A stretch of DNA of 64,000 bases from Callorhinchus milii (lineage: Eukaryota): positions 65,412,001-65,476,000 of the forward strand of contig NW_024704742.1 in the NCBI RefSeq assembly GCF_018977255.1. Direction: 5' to 3'. The translations under genes were made by a program, and so were the position numbers. Below the pieces are notes generated by a model that worked only from the letters and a program-made list of their open reading frames with translations, was not told the origin of the DNA and made no database searches. How positions within the stretch are numbered: position 1 is the stretch's first letter; each line of letters begins with the position of its first letter. Shown here in pieces: positions 41,087 to 53,015 of this stretch.

Positions 41087-42110
41087 CTCGCTGTCCCGTC
41101 CCCCCTCCCACCAGCGCCGGGAATGGATTCCCACTTCCCTTTCCTAACCGTCTTGAAGCCGCGAGCTGTCGCCATGCGTTTTAAATAGGAGGGGCGGCGG
41201 CGAGTCCCAGTTCTCTCCTCCTCCTCCTCCCACCGCCGCCGCCGCCGCTGTGAGTCACACCATCCGCCGCTCCGGCCATCCGGGGGCCGCCGGAAATCAA
41301 ACACGCGTTTGTAGCCCAAAGTCCAGCGGTGACTCGCCCCAAAAATAGCCCCAATATGATGGGGTCCCGATGCCTCTACGCGAAGTGGCTGTGGAGTTTT
41401 GGGGGTTTGTGCTCTTTTCTTTTTGTTGAAACGGTCGTAAGAAAAGGCATTGGGGGAGGAGCGAGAAGACGACGTTTTAGAGGGTACGGTTTTATTGTGT
41501 TTTTGACCCCCACCCGCCGGGTCAGAAAAGAAAGCGCCCAAAGTGGGCGTGAAAGCCGCCCAATCCGGCAACGTTGGGTCACCAGCTCTTCGCGGCCGTT
41601 AGGGGGCGCGCTGTGGAGACTCCGGTCCTCCGAGGTGACGTCTCAAATCACGTGTGTGTGTGTGTGTGTGTGTGGTGGGGGGGGAGGGGACGGGGACCGG
41701 CGGATGAGGAAGTGCCCTCTTGTCCAGAACGCCGCTGAACTTGTCGTTGGCGGCGCTTCACTATTTGAAATGAGCCGTCGGTTGGTGGGAGAATAAGAGA
41801 GGGAACCGCTCGCGCGTGTGCGCGGCCGCAGCTGTGACCGCGACACCGACAGCGTCAGGACCCAGAGGAGCTGTTAGTGACCGCGCCTCGGGCTGTCTGT
41901 GGGGAGAGGAGAGGGTCGGCACCAGGTACTCACTCACTCACTCGCTCAGTCACTGCTCCCATTTCATTTTCACTGCGGACCTTTTTTATTTGTTTTATTT
42001 GGCTCTTCAGCGGAGGCTCTGTGACCTGTCGCGTGCGGCTCGGGGCCGCCGACCACTCCACACGGCGCCGTTTTTATTTCCTCTTAAATAAGTGGCAGTT
42101 AACGGTCTGA
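40500..42110. promoter_or_regulatory. CpG island / bidirectional promoter for PRELID1-like (-) and HAUS3/POLN (+)
   Basis: Only CpG-dense stretch of this size in the window; CCAAT 41560-41564, TGACGT 41636-41641, CACGTG 41649-41654, CHR-like TTTGAA 41764-41769; candidate + strand donor CAG|GTACT at 41925. Confidence 0.8.
41029..41300 (-). other. PRELID1: Putative upstream first exon of the PRELID1-like gene
   Basis: Strong donor TTG|GTGAGT at 41029/41028 within the CpG island; the ATG exon has its own acceptor (TTTTCTAG before 29479), so an upstream exon is needed; 5' end uncertain. Confidence 0.6.
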
Positions 42111-42157
42111 GATTTTGGCCTCTCCCCGGTTTGGTTTTTGGGGCCTTCACTCTTCTC

Positions 42158-43168
42158 CTCTGTGTGTGTGTCTGTGTCTGTCTGTGTGTGTGTGTGTGTG
42201 TGTGTCTCTGTGTGTGTCTGTCTCTGTGTGTCTCTGCCTCTGTGTGTGTCTGTCTCTCTGTCTGTGTGTGTGTGTCTCTGTGTGTGTGTGTCTCTGTGTG
42301 TGTCTGTCTCTCTGTGTCTGTGTGTGTGTGTGTCTCTGTGTGTGTCTGTCTCTCTGTGTCTGTGTGTGTGTGTGTCTCTGTGTGTGTCTGTCTCTCTGTG
42401 TCTGTGTGTGTGTGTGTCTCTGTGTGTGTCTGTGTGTGTGTGTGTGTGTGTCTCTGTGTGTGTCTGTCTCTGTGTGTCTCTGCCTCTGTGTGTGTCTGTC
42501 TCTCTGTCTGTGTGTGTGTGTCTCTGTGTGTGTGTGTCTCTGTGTGTGTCTGTGTCTCTGTGTCTGTGTGTGTGTGTGTCTCTGTGTGTGTCTGTCTCTC
42601 TGTGTCTGTGTGTGTGTGTGTGTGTGTGTCTGTCTCTCTGTGTCTGTGTGTGTGTGTGTCTCTGTGTGTGTCTGTCTCTCTGTGTCTGTGTGTGTGTGTG
42701 TCTCTGTGTGTGTCTGTCTCTCTGTGTCTGTGTGTGTGTGTGTCTCTGTGTGTGTCTGTCTCTCTGTGTCTGTGTGTGTGTGTGTCTCTGTGTGTGTCTG
42801 TGTGTGTGTGTGTCTCTGTGTGTGTCTGTCTCTCTGTGTCTGTGTGTGTGTGTGTCTCTGTGTGTGTCTGTGTGTGTGTGTGTGTGTGTGTCTCTGTGTG
42901 TGTCTGTCTCTCTGTGTCTGTGTGTGTGTGTGTCTCTGTGTGTGTCTGTCTCTCTGTGTCTGTGTGTGTGTGTGTCTCTATGTGTGTCTGTGTGTGTGTG
43001 TGTCTCTGTGTGTGTGTCTCTGTGTCTGTGTGTGTGTGTGTCTCTGTGTGTGTCTGTGTGTGTGTGTGTCTCTGTGTGTGTCTGTCTCTCCGTGTCTGTG
43101 TGTGTGTGTCTCTCTCTGCCTCTGTGTGTGTCTGTCTCTGTGTGTCTGTGTGTGTGAGTGTGTGTGTG
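42158..43168 (+). repeat. Compound (TG)n/(TC)n minisatellite, ~1 kb, with higher-order repeats
   Basis: Directly visible; marker TCTCTGCCTC recurs at 42231 and 42477 (246-bp period) and ~43113. Confidence 0.95.
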
Positions 43169-44089
43169 GCCTCCACTGGTGGTAAGTGGCTCCCGAGGTC
43201 GTCCTCTCACTGCAAATAAATAATCTTTGCGTTTCTCATAAAGTCGCAGTATCTGTAGTGAGTGTAATTTGTAAGGAAGCCAGGACACAATTCATTTTGT
43301 GCACAGTACGCTTCCCCCCCCTCCTTTTCGAAGACTAATTCCCCCCAAATAAAATTGGTCATTTGACGGATGTTGAGTTTATCTGGAGGCTGTCGGTCAG
43401 GACAAACAACCACTTGCCCTCATTTAGCTTCTTTCACATGTCAAAGCGCTTCCCAGAGGCAATATGGAAATTTGGGGCGAGGATTTCAGGAGAGTTATCA
43501 TCCTTGTAGTTGGTAGTGCCTTGGGATTATTTATGTCCATCTGAACAGGGCCCATGGTTTAGCATCTCCTCCAACAACCCATCACACCTCAAGCACTACG
43601 TGCTCTGGGTGCAAAGTGGTGGAAATCGTTACTGGTCAGACGTAGCGGATGTGATTTGTGACTGGGATGAGGGTTGTCTCAGTACTGTGGGAAACCAACT
43701 TGTAGGGAATGATGGGAGAGAAAGAGTATAAGAAGCTGGGCCATCAAGACATCTTGGGAAAGGGGTCAAGGAGGGATGTGGTAGATTTTGTATGAGGGAT
43801 GGCGAAGGGGGAAATGTGTTTGAAGGTGCGACGGAATGGGAGGACTGGAGGTGGAGCAAGCAGAGGCAGCTGAATAGATGTTATTAACTTTGGACACCAG
43901 AAAGTTCGCGACCGTATATTTGGTGCCAGAGATGAGGAGGGCAGGAGCGTGGGAAGGTTGGGAGGAGGTAGTCAGTGGTCGAGATGAGAAATGAGGACTT
44001 GGCTGAGCAGACAGAGAGATGGTGGGTGGCAAGATCTGGACCACATCAAAACTCACCATTTATGGATCGTTAAGCGATATTCGATTCTG

Positions 44090-44360
44090 GAACATAGGAA
44101 CAGGACTGGGCCTTTGAGCCTGTTTTGCCATTTGATTAGATCATGGCTGATCTGTACCTCAACTCCATTTATCCGCCTTTGCTCCATATCGCTTGATACT
44201 CTTACCGAACAAAAATCTATCGACCTCGGTCTTGAAAATTTGAATTGATTCCAGCATCCATAGCCTTTTGGGGGAGAGAGTTCCAGATTTCCAATACCCT
44301 TTGTTTGAAAAAGTGCTTCCTGATTTCACTCCTAAATGGCCTAGATCTAGTTTTAAGATC
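44090..44360 (-). mobile_element. CR1 LINE 3' fragment
   Basis: LKTRSRPFRSEIRKHFFKQRVLEIWNSLPQKAMDA..FKTEVDRFL. Confidence 0.85.
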
Positions 44361-44844
44361 ATGTATGGTCTGATGCACAGACTTGGGACAGAGTATCAAG
44401 TGGCCTGGCAGAAATGGGAGACAATTTGGGATTGTTAATGACGAGATGAATTTGGAGGTGAGGTCGTGAATGAGGAGCTAGATTGATGGATACATTGACG
44501 TCAGGCAAGTGAGGAGAGAGAAATTCAGAGGACTTGAATTGAGGATGTTTGAGGGGAACAAGGTGCAGATAATTCTTTTTACTGCATTGTATTATTGGGC
44601 AATTTTCCCATTCCAATTGATTCATCTTCACAATATTGCAAGAAATGTGCATTTGTAATATTATTAAAGTTTGTTAGGCAGTAAGAAAAATGTTTTTGTA
44701 TGTCTATGTGCAATTTGTAGAGTTGCTGTGGTACAAACTTGACATGAAATTGCACCTAAATGTTAATAACCTTAAATATATAAGTAAACTGCTGATAACT
44801 CGACACTGACTTAACTTGTCACTACCACTTAAGTTGCCATGCAT

Positions 44845-45051
44845 AATAATAATAATAATCCCTCCAAAACCAAAAACAATAAGAAATTGGTCATTTTCAA
44901 TCAACGACTGTTTGTGTGACATTGCTGTGCGCAATTGGCTGCCGTGTTCGCCCACAAATATACAGTCAATTCACTTTACAGTGTGTTCTGTGAAGCGCTT
45001 TGGGACGTCCTCCTGATGTGAAAAGCGCTATATCAAATGCAAGGATTATTA
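44845..45051 (+). mobile_element. 5'-truncated SINE copy (similar truncated copies at 55150-55359 + and 58245-58400 -)
   Basis: Starts at TAATAATCCCTCC; Deu core and L2 tail. Confidence 0.88.
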
Positions 45052-46150
45052 TGCAGTCTATCCCGGCAAAATGTTAATAAAGGACTCTGCTTTACTTGTC
45101 ATTGTACATCTAATGTAACTAGTCGCATTCTCGAAATTCTTGAAGTACTTAAACAATGTAAAATTGATCAGGTAACTTGTCCTATCAGATGGTGTCTTAT
45201 ATGACAGTGGCCTCCTGTGACTGCACTCGGCGGAGGTTTTGCATGCGTGCTCAGATGCATCGCAGTGGCCCCTAGTCTATTGGAGGGCTGCTCTGTGGCC
45301 TACTGCCCTATCCTGTGACAGCTCATGGCCCTCCAATATGCCAGAGGCCTCTGCGATGTATTTGAGCATTCTCACCCAACCTCCACCGGGTGCCTACACC
45401 AGTCACAGAGCCACTTTGTAGACCTATCCGTAACTTGCCACTCTGGATAACTTGCTGATGAGCTCTCTTCCCTCAGAGTGACGAGTTATCTGGAGTTTAC
45501 TGTAGTCACAAACATTGTCTTAGCATTTTGCGGGCAATGTATCGCAGTCTGCTACAGTGTGCATTTCTCTTTTTTAAAAAAAACATTTAATCATGAAACT
45601 ATTCAAAAATCGAAAGGCGATATGAGACTTGTCATTTTACAAAGTGTGCCTCACTATCTTTATTTTCTGAAAAGGAGCATTTAGCAGTCTTCTCTGTGAT
45701 AAAGGTTACTGCTGCTGGCCAGAATTGTAGCTATTTTGAGTGTGTATACTCCAGTTGAGTTTCTTATCGAACAATGCTTAACTTTACAGAGGTCATGCAT
45801 CTAGTGTTTTTTGCAAATTGCAAAAATTCTGTTGTGCTAAAATCTATGGAAACTTACCAATATTGCATTTCTATAATGGGTCTTTTTCCCGCCTGTTCTC
45901 TAACTCTACACTAGGAATAGGCAAATCAGTGGAATTTGAGTTTCATTTAGATTGGGTAATATCTCCAGATTTTAGTAAAGGATGAAGAAATTGGGTCTAT
46001 ATAGCATATTTGGACTATATTTTGAACTTACACACTGAGGAAATAGCACCCAACGTACAGCTTTTTTAAAAACTTTTGTGAATATTTTGTTTTACATCTT
46101 CTTTGGAAGAAATTATAATATGATAAAATACATTCTGTATATTCATCCAG

Positions 46151-46278
46151 GTTTCGGCACAATTTTAAAGCAACGTTTGACAGGATTCGTATGAATTAAA
46201 ATCCAAGCTAAACATCAAATGAGTTATTTTAAGCTAACCATTCAGTGAATTTTAATGCCTCAGAGAAAGGTTATCCCG
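46151..46278 (+). other. HAUS3: Candidate non-coding 5'UTR exon of HAUS3 (possibly shared with POLN)
   Basis: ttcatccag acceptor, CCG|GTGAGC donor, then a ~96-bp intron to an acag acceptor at 46374 upstream of the HAUS3 ATG. Confidence 0.4.
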
Positions 46279-46461
46279 GTGAGCTTTGGTTTGATTTTAG
46301 GAATGCTTCTCTTTTGTACTATGTAAATACTTTTATGTTAACTCTTTATCGTTTCTGCTTTGGGATTAAAACAGATTTTCAGCATTCCACTGTGGTGCGA
46401 TTGGATATTTTAAGACTCCCTTGGTCAGAGTCTTAAAATAAATCATAGTTTGATTACCACC

Positions 46462-47376
46462 ATGAGCGGTGGGAAGATATTTGTAGAAACACTAAAGAAA
46501 ATTGGTGAGCCTAAAGCAACTCATCTGGATGGGGAAGATTTTGATTGGTTGTTTGACAGCGGAGATAAAAAGACATTTCTGGAATGGTTCTGCAAAGGTA
46601 TAAATGAACAGAATGTGTTAACCACAGAAGAAGTGGATGAATTTGAAAAACTTAAAAAATCTGGGAAATCTCTATTTGATCAGAAAGCCTTAGATCCAAT
46701 CTTGCAGACGTATCCTAAAGAATCTGATTCAAAATATGGTGACCTGGCAGAAATATCAGGTGAGGAATTAGAAGAAGAAGTAAAAACATTACAGTCACTT
46801 CGAAATCTTAAAATCCAGAGACGAAATAAGCAGCAATTAATGACTTCAGCAATCCATCTTGTACCACTGAAGGATGAAAAGGATGAAAGTACCAAACTGT
46901 TAATAGAGACACAGGAGCAATTGTCTGCTGAGAATGCCAAATTAAATGCTATTCTGTTGAAAATCATTGAAGGGGTGCAGCAGTTGACTGTTTTGTACTC
47001 AAATATTGGATCAGAAATGAAAGCAGGCCAGCCTAAAGTCTTTCTGTCACAACTTCTATTGAACAATTATCTGCAAAAGGAAGAACAATGCACAGCAGCT
47101 CTCACAGCCTACACAAAGAAGCAATTTTTTGAAGGCATAGTGGAGCTGGTCGAGAGTTCGGATGTGGACAAATTTCAGCTGGTGGATTTAAGTTGTCAAA
47201 CATTGCTGGAAGAGAGTAATGAGGTACGCAGGGAATATCAGCAACAGATGACCAGACTCCAAGCAGCATACACAAGTGGCAAGCGCCAGTTAATTCTGGC
47301 AAAAGCCAAAGAGCAAAGCACCAAAGCTGGTGTTCAGTATGCGGAGAAGATTTTCTCTCTAATACAAAAGAGAAAG
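46462..47376 (+). CDS. HAUS3: HAUS augmin-like complex subunit 3, coding exon 1
   Basis: Kozak ACCACCATG; MSGGKIFVETLKKIGEPKATHLDGEDFDWLF..FLEWFC..NEQNVL matches the HAUS3 N-terminus; AAG|GTAGG donor; 915 bp. Confidence 0.95.
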
Positions 47377-48356
47377 GTAGGTCATTTTTTAAAATAATAA
47401 TATTGTAGCTGGTTATTTTGGGATGGGCACAGTATCTGTGAAGATTTTGTAACTTAATTTGCCTATAAATGCCTGATAAATACTATTGTCTCTTGAATGT
47501 TATTCCATGAAACCGCTCTTCTGGTTGTTTCTTCCGAGGCACCTATTTCAAATGAATATTATTAGGAAACTAGGAAAAAATTTACGTAACACCAATACCT
47601 GTGGCAGTGCATTTGTTGACTATTGTGAACAACATCATTCGAACTAGATAAGCAACAATAACTGCTACTTATCTAGTGGTGTTTATGTAAGGTAATGTTT
47701 AAAAAATGCTTTTTGGAGACTGAGTAGGGGCGCTGAGCACAGAGTGAGGAGATAAAAGGGAGTAGGGGAGATTACCAAAGATGTAGTCAAAGAGGTTGGT
47801 TCGTAGAAGGGTTGTCGAAGCAAAAGAGAGGATGCTTATATACCCTCCTCATCCCAGAGCCTCTAACTCTACTCATGGCTACTCATCACAAATGAGTTGC
47901 TTGTATTTAGTTTATGTCCATAACAACATACATTTATATTTAATCTCATTCTGTGGAGTTCTGTGGGATAATTTATGTGCACTAACTTAATATAAGCACT
48001 ATATGAATTTAAATAATTTTCTCACTTTTGCGCCCCCTCACCCTGCCACTGGCACACTTAAGGTTGCTTATTTTGGTAAGTAAATAATGCTTTCAGATAC
48101 ACCAAATAAACAGACAAAATGTGCACAGCTTCAGGGATTTAAAATCTGTTTTAGAACAGACACCAACTCCCACAGGGGGCAATCAACAGTTGGAACGAGT
48201 TACAAAGAAGGTGGTTGGATGGTTGAGGCCAGGACACAGGACTTATAGTATTTTAAAACAGCTTGACACTGTTATAGGAAGCTAATAGGATTCTGGAAGT
48301 ATGGTCCTTCTTGCAGTCTTTTTGATGTTTAACTTTGTAATTTTTTTAAAAAATAG

Positions 48357-48790
48357 GTGAATGATGGAGAAAAAGAAACCCAAAGCGAAGGTGTTAAATG
48401 CCTGAAAGAGATAAGCTGCCAAGTGGAACAGCTGATTAATAAAGAACTGCCCGACTTGATTGTTGAGAATGCACAACTCTTAAATATGCCTGTAGTAAAA
48501 GGCAATTTTGACCTTCAGGTGACTCGACAAGACTATTACACCTCTAAGCAGGATGAAGTAGCTCGCCAGCTGATCAGACAGAAAACCCGTTTTGAACTAC
48601 TTCAGCTAGGATATGAAATGGAGTCACGAAGTCACAGAGATATCCATTGTGTGCTTGAAAACCTTACTCAGGAGCTTGAGCGGATCAGGAATGAGCTTGC
48701 CCAATGTTTGAAGGTACTGTCTGATCAGTGTCTCGTGCAAAGCAACAGACAGCGGAACATCATTGATTCAAGAGATACTTCTGCTATCAG
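48357..48790 (+). CDS. HAUS3: HAUS3 coding exon 2
   Basis: tag acceptor, AG|GTAAC donor; ..ENAQLLNMPVVKGNFDLQVTRQDYYTSKQDEV..LIRQKTRFELLQLGYEME.. is the conserved HAUS3 core. Confidence 0.95.
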
Positions 48791-50099
48791 GTAACATTAA
48801 GGTTAACATTCTGGAATAGAAATGTAATTGACACCTTTGTTGCATGTACTGTATTTTTAAATGATATACATATATTATATATATTGTATGAAATATAAGT
48901 CATTCCCTTATATTGTTGGATTACTGTAATGTCATTGGCGCATGTGTCATACACATACCATTAATAAATGGTAGTCTTGTGGGTCATTGAGTTGCTGCCA
49001 ATGTCACTTCCTGTCACTGGTCGTGTTTGCTAGTAATGTTGGTGGCGACCAATCAACCAGAAGTTGAATTTTTATTTAGTGTGGGGGGTGGGGGGGTCCG
49101 CTGGTTGCACTTTCTTTTGAAGCAGGTTAGCATTTTATGGACCCTAATTTATAACCCAGGTTCTGCTGTGCTTCTAAATGCAGCAATGAAGCAATAAATA
49201 CATTAGATTACTAATATGCTGTCACATTATTCCCCTTAAAGTTGCTTATCTTGCAACAGTAAGTGAATTCATCCTCTAAGGAATTATATTGAGTAAAACT
49301 CAGATTCCTTTTGTTTCCTGCCTTGAAGAAGGTTAATGGAGGAGAGGTGCTTCTCTTAACACTGGGAGGGGAGAATACATGGCATAATTTTTAGACTCAT
49401 CAGGAATTGAAAATAATAATCATAAAAATCCTTGCATTTGATCCAGCGCCTTATGTCATTGAAATGTCTCAAAGCGCTTCACAGAATGTGCTACAAAGTG
49501 GAGTGACTTGTATTTTGTGGGCGAATCTCGGCAGCCAATTTGTACACAGTTTCCCACAGACGGCCATGGGGTGAGTGACCAATTTTATTTTGGGGATTTT
49601 CAGACAGGATGCTGAGGAAAACTCCCGTGCCATGGAATTTTACCTGAACAGTCAGATCGGTTTAATGTCTCATCTGAAGGATGGCGACCCTAGAAATTCT
49701 CTTCTCTCCTACAAAGTGAAAGGCACAGCAAATTCTCAATTCAATACTTCCAACAATTCAAATTTAGCAGATTAATAGGGACAGCAATTTTATTCAGCCA
49801 CCTTAGTGAGCTATTAGAGAATAAATTAAAAAGGACAAATTAGTCTTAATTCCCTAGATAAAATTCCACTTTTTCTAAGGGATTGTTGCCCAGCAATTGC
49901 AAAAATCCTTAATTATTGTGTGCTATGTTTACATGAAATCCAGCTCCAGTATTTTGCTCTTTCCCTTTTTTCATCTTGCTTTTTCAAAGCACACCCAAAC
50001 AAACACTAGTCAACAAAATAGGAAAAATGAATGCTCCATGGCTGCGGTTTAATCTCTTTAGAGCACTTTTGAAATGTGATTTTTGTTTTCTTACTTCAG

Positions 50100-50325
50100 A
50101 CTGTGTCAGATTTTGGATGGAGACAACAGAGAACAGCTATTTAGAACTTATGATCACTTGGAAGAACAAGGCAAAATGTTACAGAATGAAGCTGCCTCAT
50201 TGCGGTACCAGTTGGAGAAGAACAGAAGTGATGAATCCTATCTACGGTCTTCCTTGGAATCAGATATAGAGCGACTTCGTTGTGTGATGTATTCTGGGCC
50301 AAAGCAGCTTTTACTTCATTCTGAG
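50100..50325 (+). CDS. HAUS3: HAUS3 coding exon 3
   Basis: cttcag acceptor (AG|A=Arg), GAG|GTAC donor; LCQILDGDNREQLFRTYDHLEE.. Confidence 0.92.
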
Positions 50326-50462
50326 GTACACAAATTATATTTTTAGTCTATTTAAAAATTGTGTTAAAGTTTACACTTCTGAGTATAGTGACATTAATGT
50401 TTAAACCGTAGATGGCTGAAGCTTTTTACAATGGGGGGTGGGGAATGAATTTGGCCAAGCAA

Positions 50463-50641
50463 TACTTCAATCATTCTCAGCGCTAGGCATCGTCGGGCTC
50501 AATGTCCTCCAAATCATCAACAAGCCAACAGCATCCACTGTTGCTTACGGCCTGGACAGGAATGGCAGGAGGGAGAGGATCATCTTTGACTTGGGTAGCA
50601 GCACTTTTAACAAATCTACCCTTGCCATCGTTGACAATGGT
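50463..50641 (+). pseudogene. HSP70-family (HSPA1/HSPA8-like) ATPase-domain fragment in HAUS3 intron
   Basis: YFNHSQR*A then frameshift to [40 protein letters not shown], versus HSP70 [47 protein letters not shown]. Confidence 0.88.
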
Positions 50642-51254
50642 GGAAGCTTTTTACTTCCACCATCGTTACGATTTGTATTACTCGATCTTAGTTATGATTA
50701 TAATAATATTAAAGTTTCATGGAATGCTGGGCCAAAAATAAATTAAGTTTAATATTTGTTACGTTAGGATGCTGTGAACAGCAACAAATTAATAATAATC
50801 CTTGCATTTGTTTATATAGGGGCGTCCTCCCAACGTGAAAGGTGCTATACAAATGTAATTTTGTTGTTTCATGTTGGGAGGAAATACTTCCCTCCCCTCC
50901 ATGTTGTCATTGGGGCGGGGGGGCACTAGCCATTGATTTTCCCTTTAGATATCTTATATCGATTTGATAATGTTGTAGCTAGAGGCACTTGGCCTCAGGG
51001 AGGCTCAAGGAGAGGAGCCTGCCCCTTATTGGCTATCGTAGATGTCACACATCAGGGAGGTAGGCTCTGGGCTGGTCTGAGTTGTCCCCAGGTCCACCAG
51101 CACTTGCAAATTCTTGCAAGTAAAATCTTATCTATTTTTAATGAAGTACTGTATTATGGGTTTATTTAAACATAGAATTTTATTAACTAAAATAGTTTAT
51201 CATAGAATCATACAATATTACAGCACAGAAGGAGGCGATTTGGCCCTTGGTCCT

Positions 51255-51890
51255 TGGGGTACCTCGCTCTCACCTGGTTACCTGCGGGATACTTCACTCC
51301 AAAAGCCGCTGAAACCTTGGTCCATGCCTTTGTCACCTCTCGGCTGGAGATTATTCAGATGCCCTCCTCGCCGGTCTCCCCTCCACTGCCATTCATAAAA
51401 TCCAGGTCATCCAAAACTCTGCCGCCCGCATTCTTACCCGCACCAAACTCCGCTCCCTGATTACCCCAGTCCTTGCCAGACTGCACTGGCTGCCTGTCCC
51501 AGAGAGGATCGATTTCAAGATCCTCACTCTTGTCTTCAAATCCCTCCACTCCTCTGCACCCCCTACCTCTCTGACCTCCTCTCTCCTCACAACAGTCCCC
51601 GTTGCCTTTGCTCCACCGGGTCTGTCCTGCTCCTTGTCTCCGAATCCTCCGCTCCACCATCGGCGGCCGTGCCTTCAGCCACTATACCCCAAGGCTCTGG
51701 AACTCCCTTCCTCACTCCCTTCGTCTCACCCCCTCTCTTCCTATTTTCAGGTCTTGGCTGAAGATCTTTCTTTTCGACCACGCCTCTGGTCACCTTCCTC
51801 CCCCTGGCTCGGCCCCGGGATCCGTTACTGAGAAGCGCTCTGAGATGCCGTCCGGCGTGGAGGGCGCTATATAAACCCAAGTTGTTGTTG
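51255..51890 (+). mobile_element. L2 LINE 3' portion nested inside a CR1 3' end (51195-52045, minus)
   Basis: AAETLVHAFVTSRL..LHWLPVPERIDFKILTL..TIGGRAFS; (GTT)n tail; CR1 tail CATAGAATCATAC..ACAGCACAGAAGGAGGC on the left resumes as GCCAGCTCTTTGGAAGAGCTACCCAATC on the right. Confidence 0.85.
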
Positions 51891-53015
51891 CCCTTGCCAG
51901 CTCTTTGGAAGAGCTACCCAATCAGTCCCACTCCCCTGCTCTTTCCCCATAGCTTGCAAATATTTCCTCTTCAAGTATCTATCCAATTCCCTTTTGAAAG
52001 TTGTTATTGAATCTGTTTCCACCACCCTTTCATGCAGTGCATTCCAATTTAGTTCAGATATTTATTCCTCGCTCTTTTTACATGCTGGTTTTATACTATG
52101 TGTTTCACCGCTAACTTTAATAATTTTGGATCAAATTATTGTGATAAGTGCAATAAATTAAGGTTGAGTAATGCAAATCATGCTGGAGTCCTACGTAAGG
52201 AATAATTTTGGAATCATCTTGACATTTTGATTTGAGATAGTATAATTCTACAGTAGTCCAGGAGCTTTCAAGATTATATTTCAAACTGTTTGAGAGTCAA
52301 CCTTGCAGTTGTATAAACTTACCCTGGTACAGCATGGTTTCAGTTATTGTAAGGATTATGGATCTGCTGCATACTGAAATGCTACACATGTGTGGCTTTC
52401 AGCGCTGATGAACTAGCTCATATATTGATGAACGACTGGACCATGTCCCCCCTCCCTCGCTCCATTTCATCTGGCTCACCTGCTCCCTCCATAACCTGTA
52501 AATGTTATGTTTGGTCTTTGGAAGGGAAACACAAAAATGTTGCTTACCAAGCAGATGCAGGAGGCCTCCTGGTATCTGGCAGTGCCCAACAACCTCTGGA
52601 AACCTCTGAGAATGGTTGCCAGCTTCCTGAGTACATGCATACAGGTACAATGAGGCAATTCTTGAGGGTTGCTCCAGTGTTGTATCAAGGACATTGTTGT
52701 GATGATGGTTGGAGAGTTGGCAACATTTGCATCATAAGATGTTATATAATAGAGCCCAGTCTCATGAAATGAGCCTCTGCTTCAGTTACTAGGGAATGAC
52801 GTGAAAGGCGCTATACAAATGTAATTTGTTGTATCCATAATGTAAATTTCCACTAATTTGCCTCAACCAGACAAGAGAAACTATACGTCTTTCCTATATT
52901 GGGGTGACCAAAACTGGACACAGTATTCTAACTGGTCTTACTATTTATTAATTAGTTTAGCATTACCTCTTTTGTATTCTAATCTCCACATGCATGTATT
53001 TCTTTTGTCTTGTAG

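Noticed and set aside
42007..43288. 340-400-aa Cys/Val- or His/Thr-rich ORFs on both strands
   Set aside because: Translation of the TG/TC compound microsatellite
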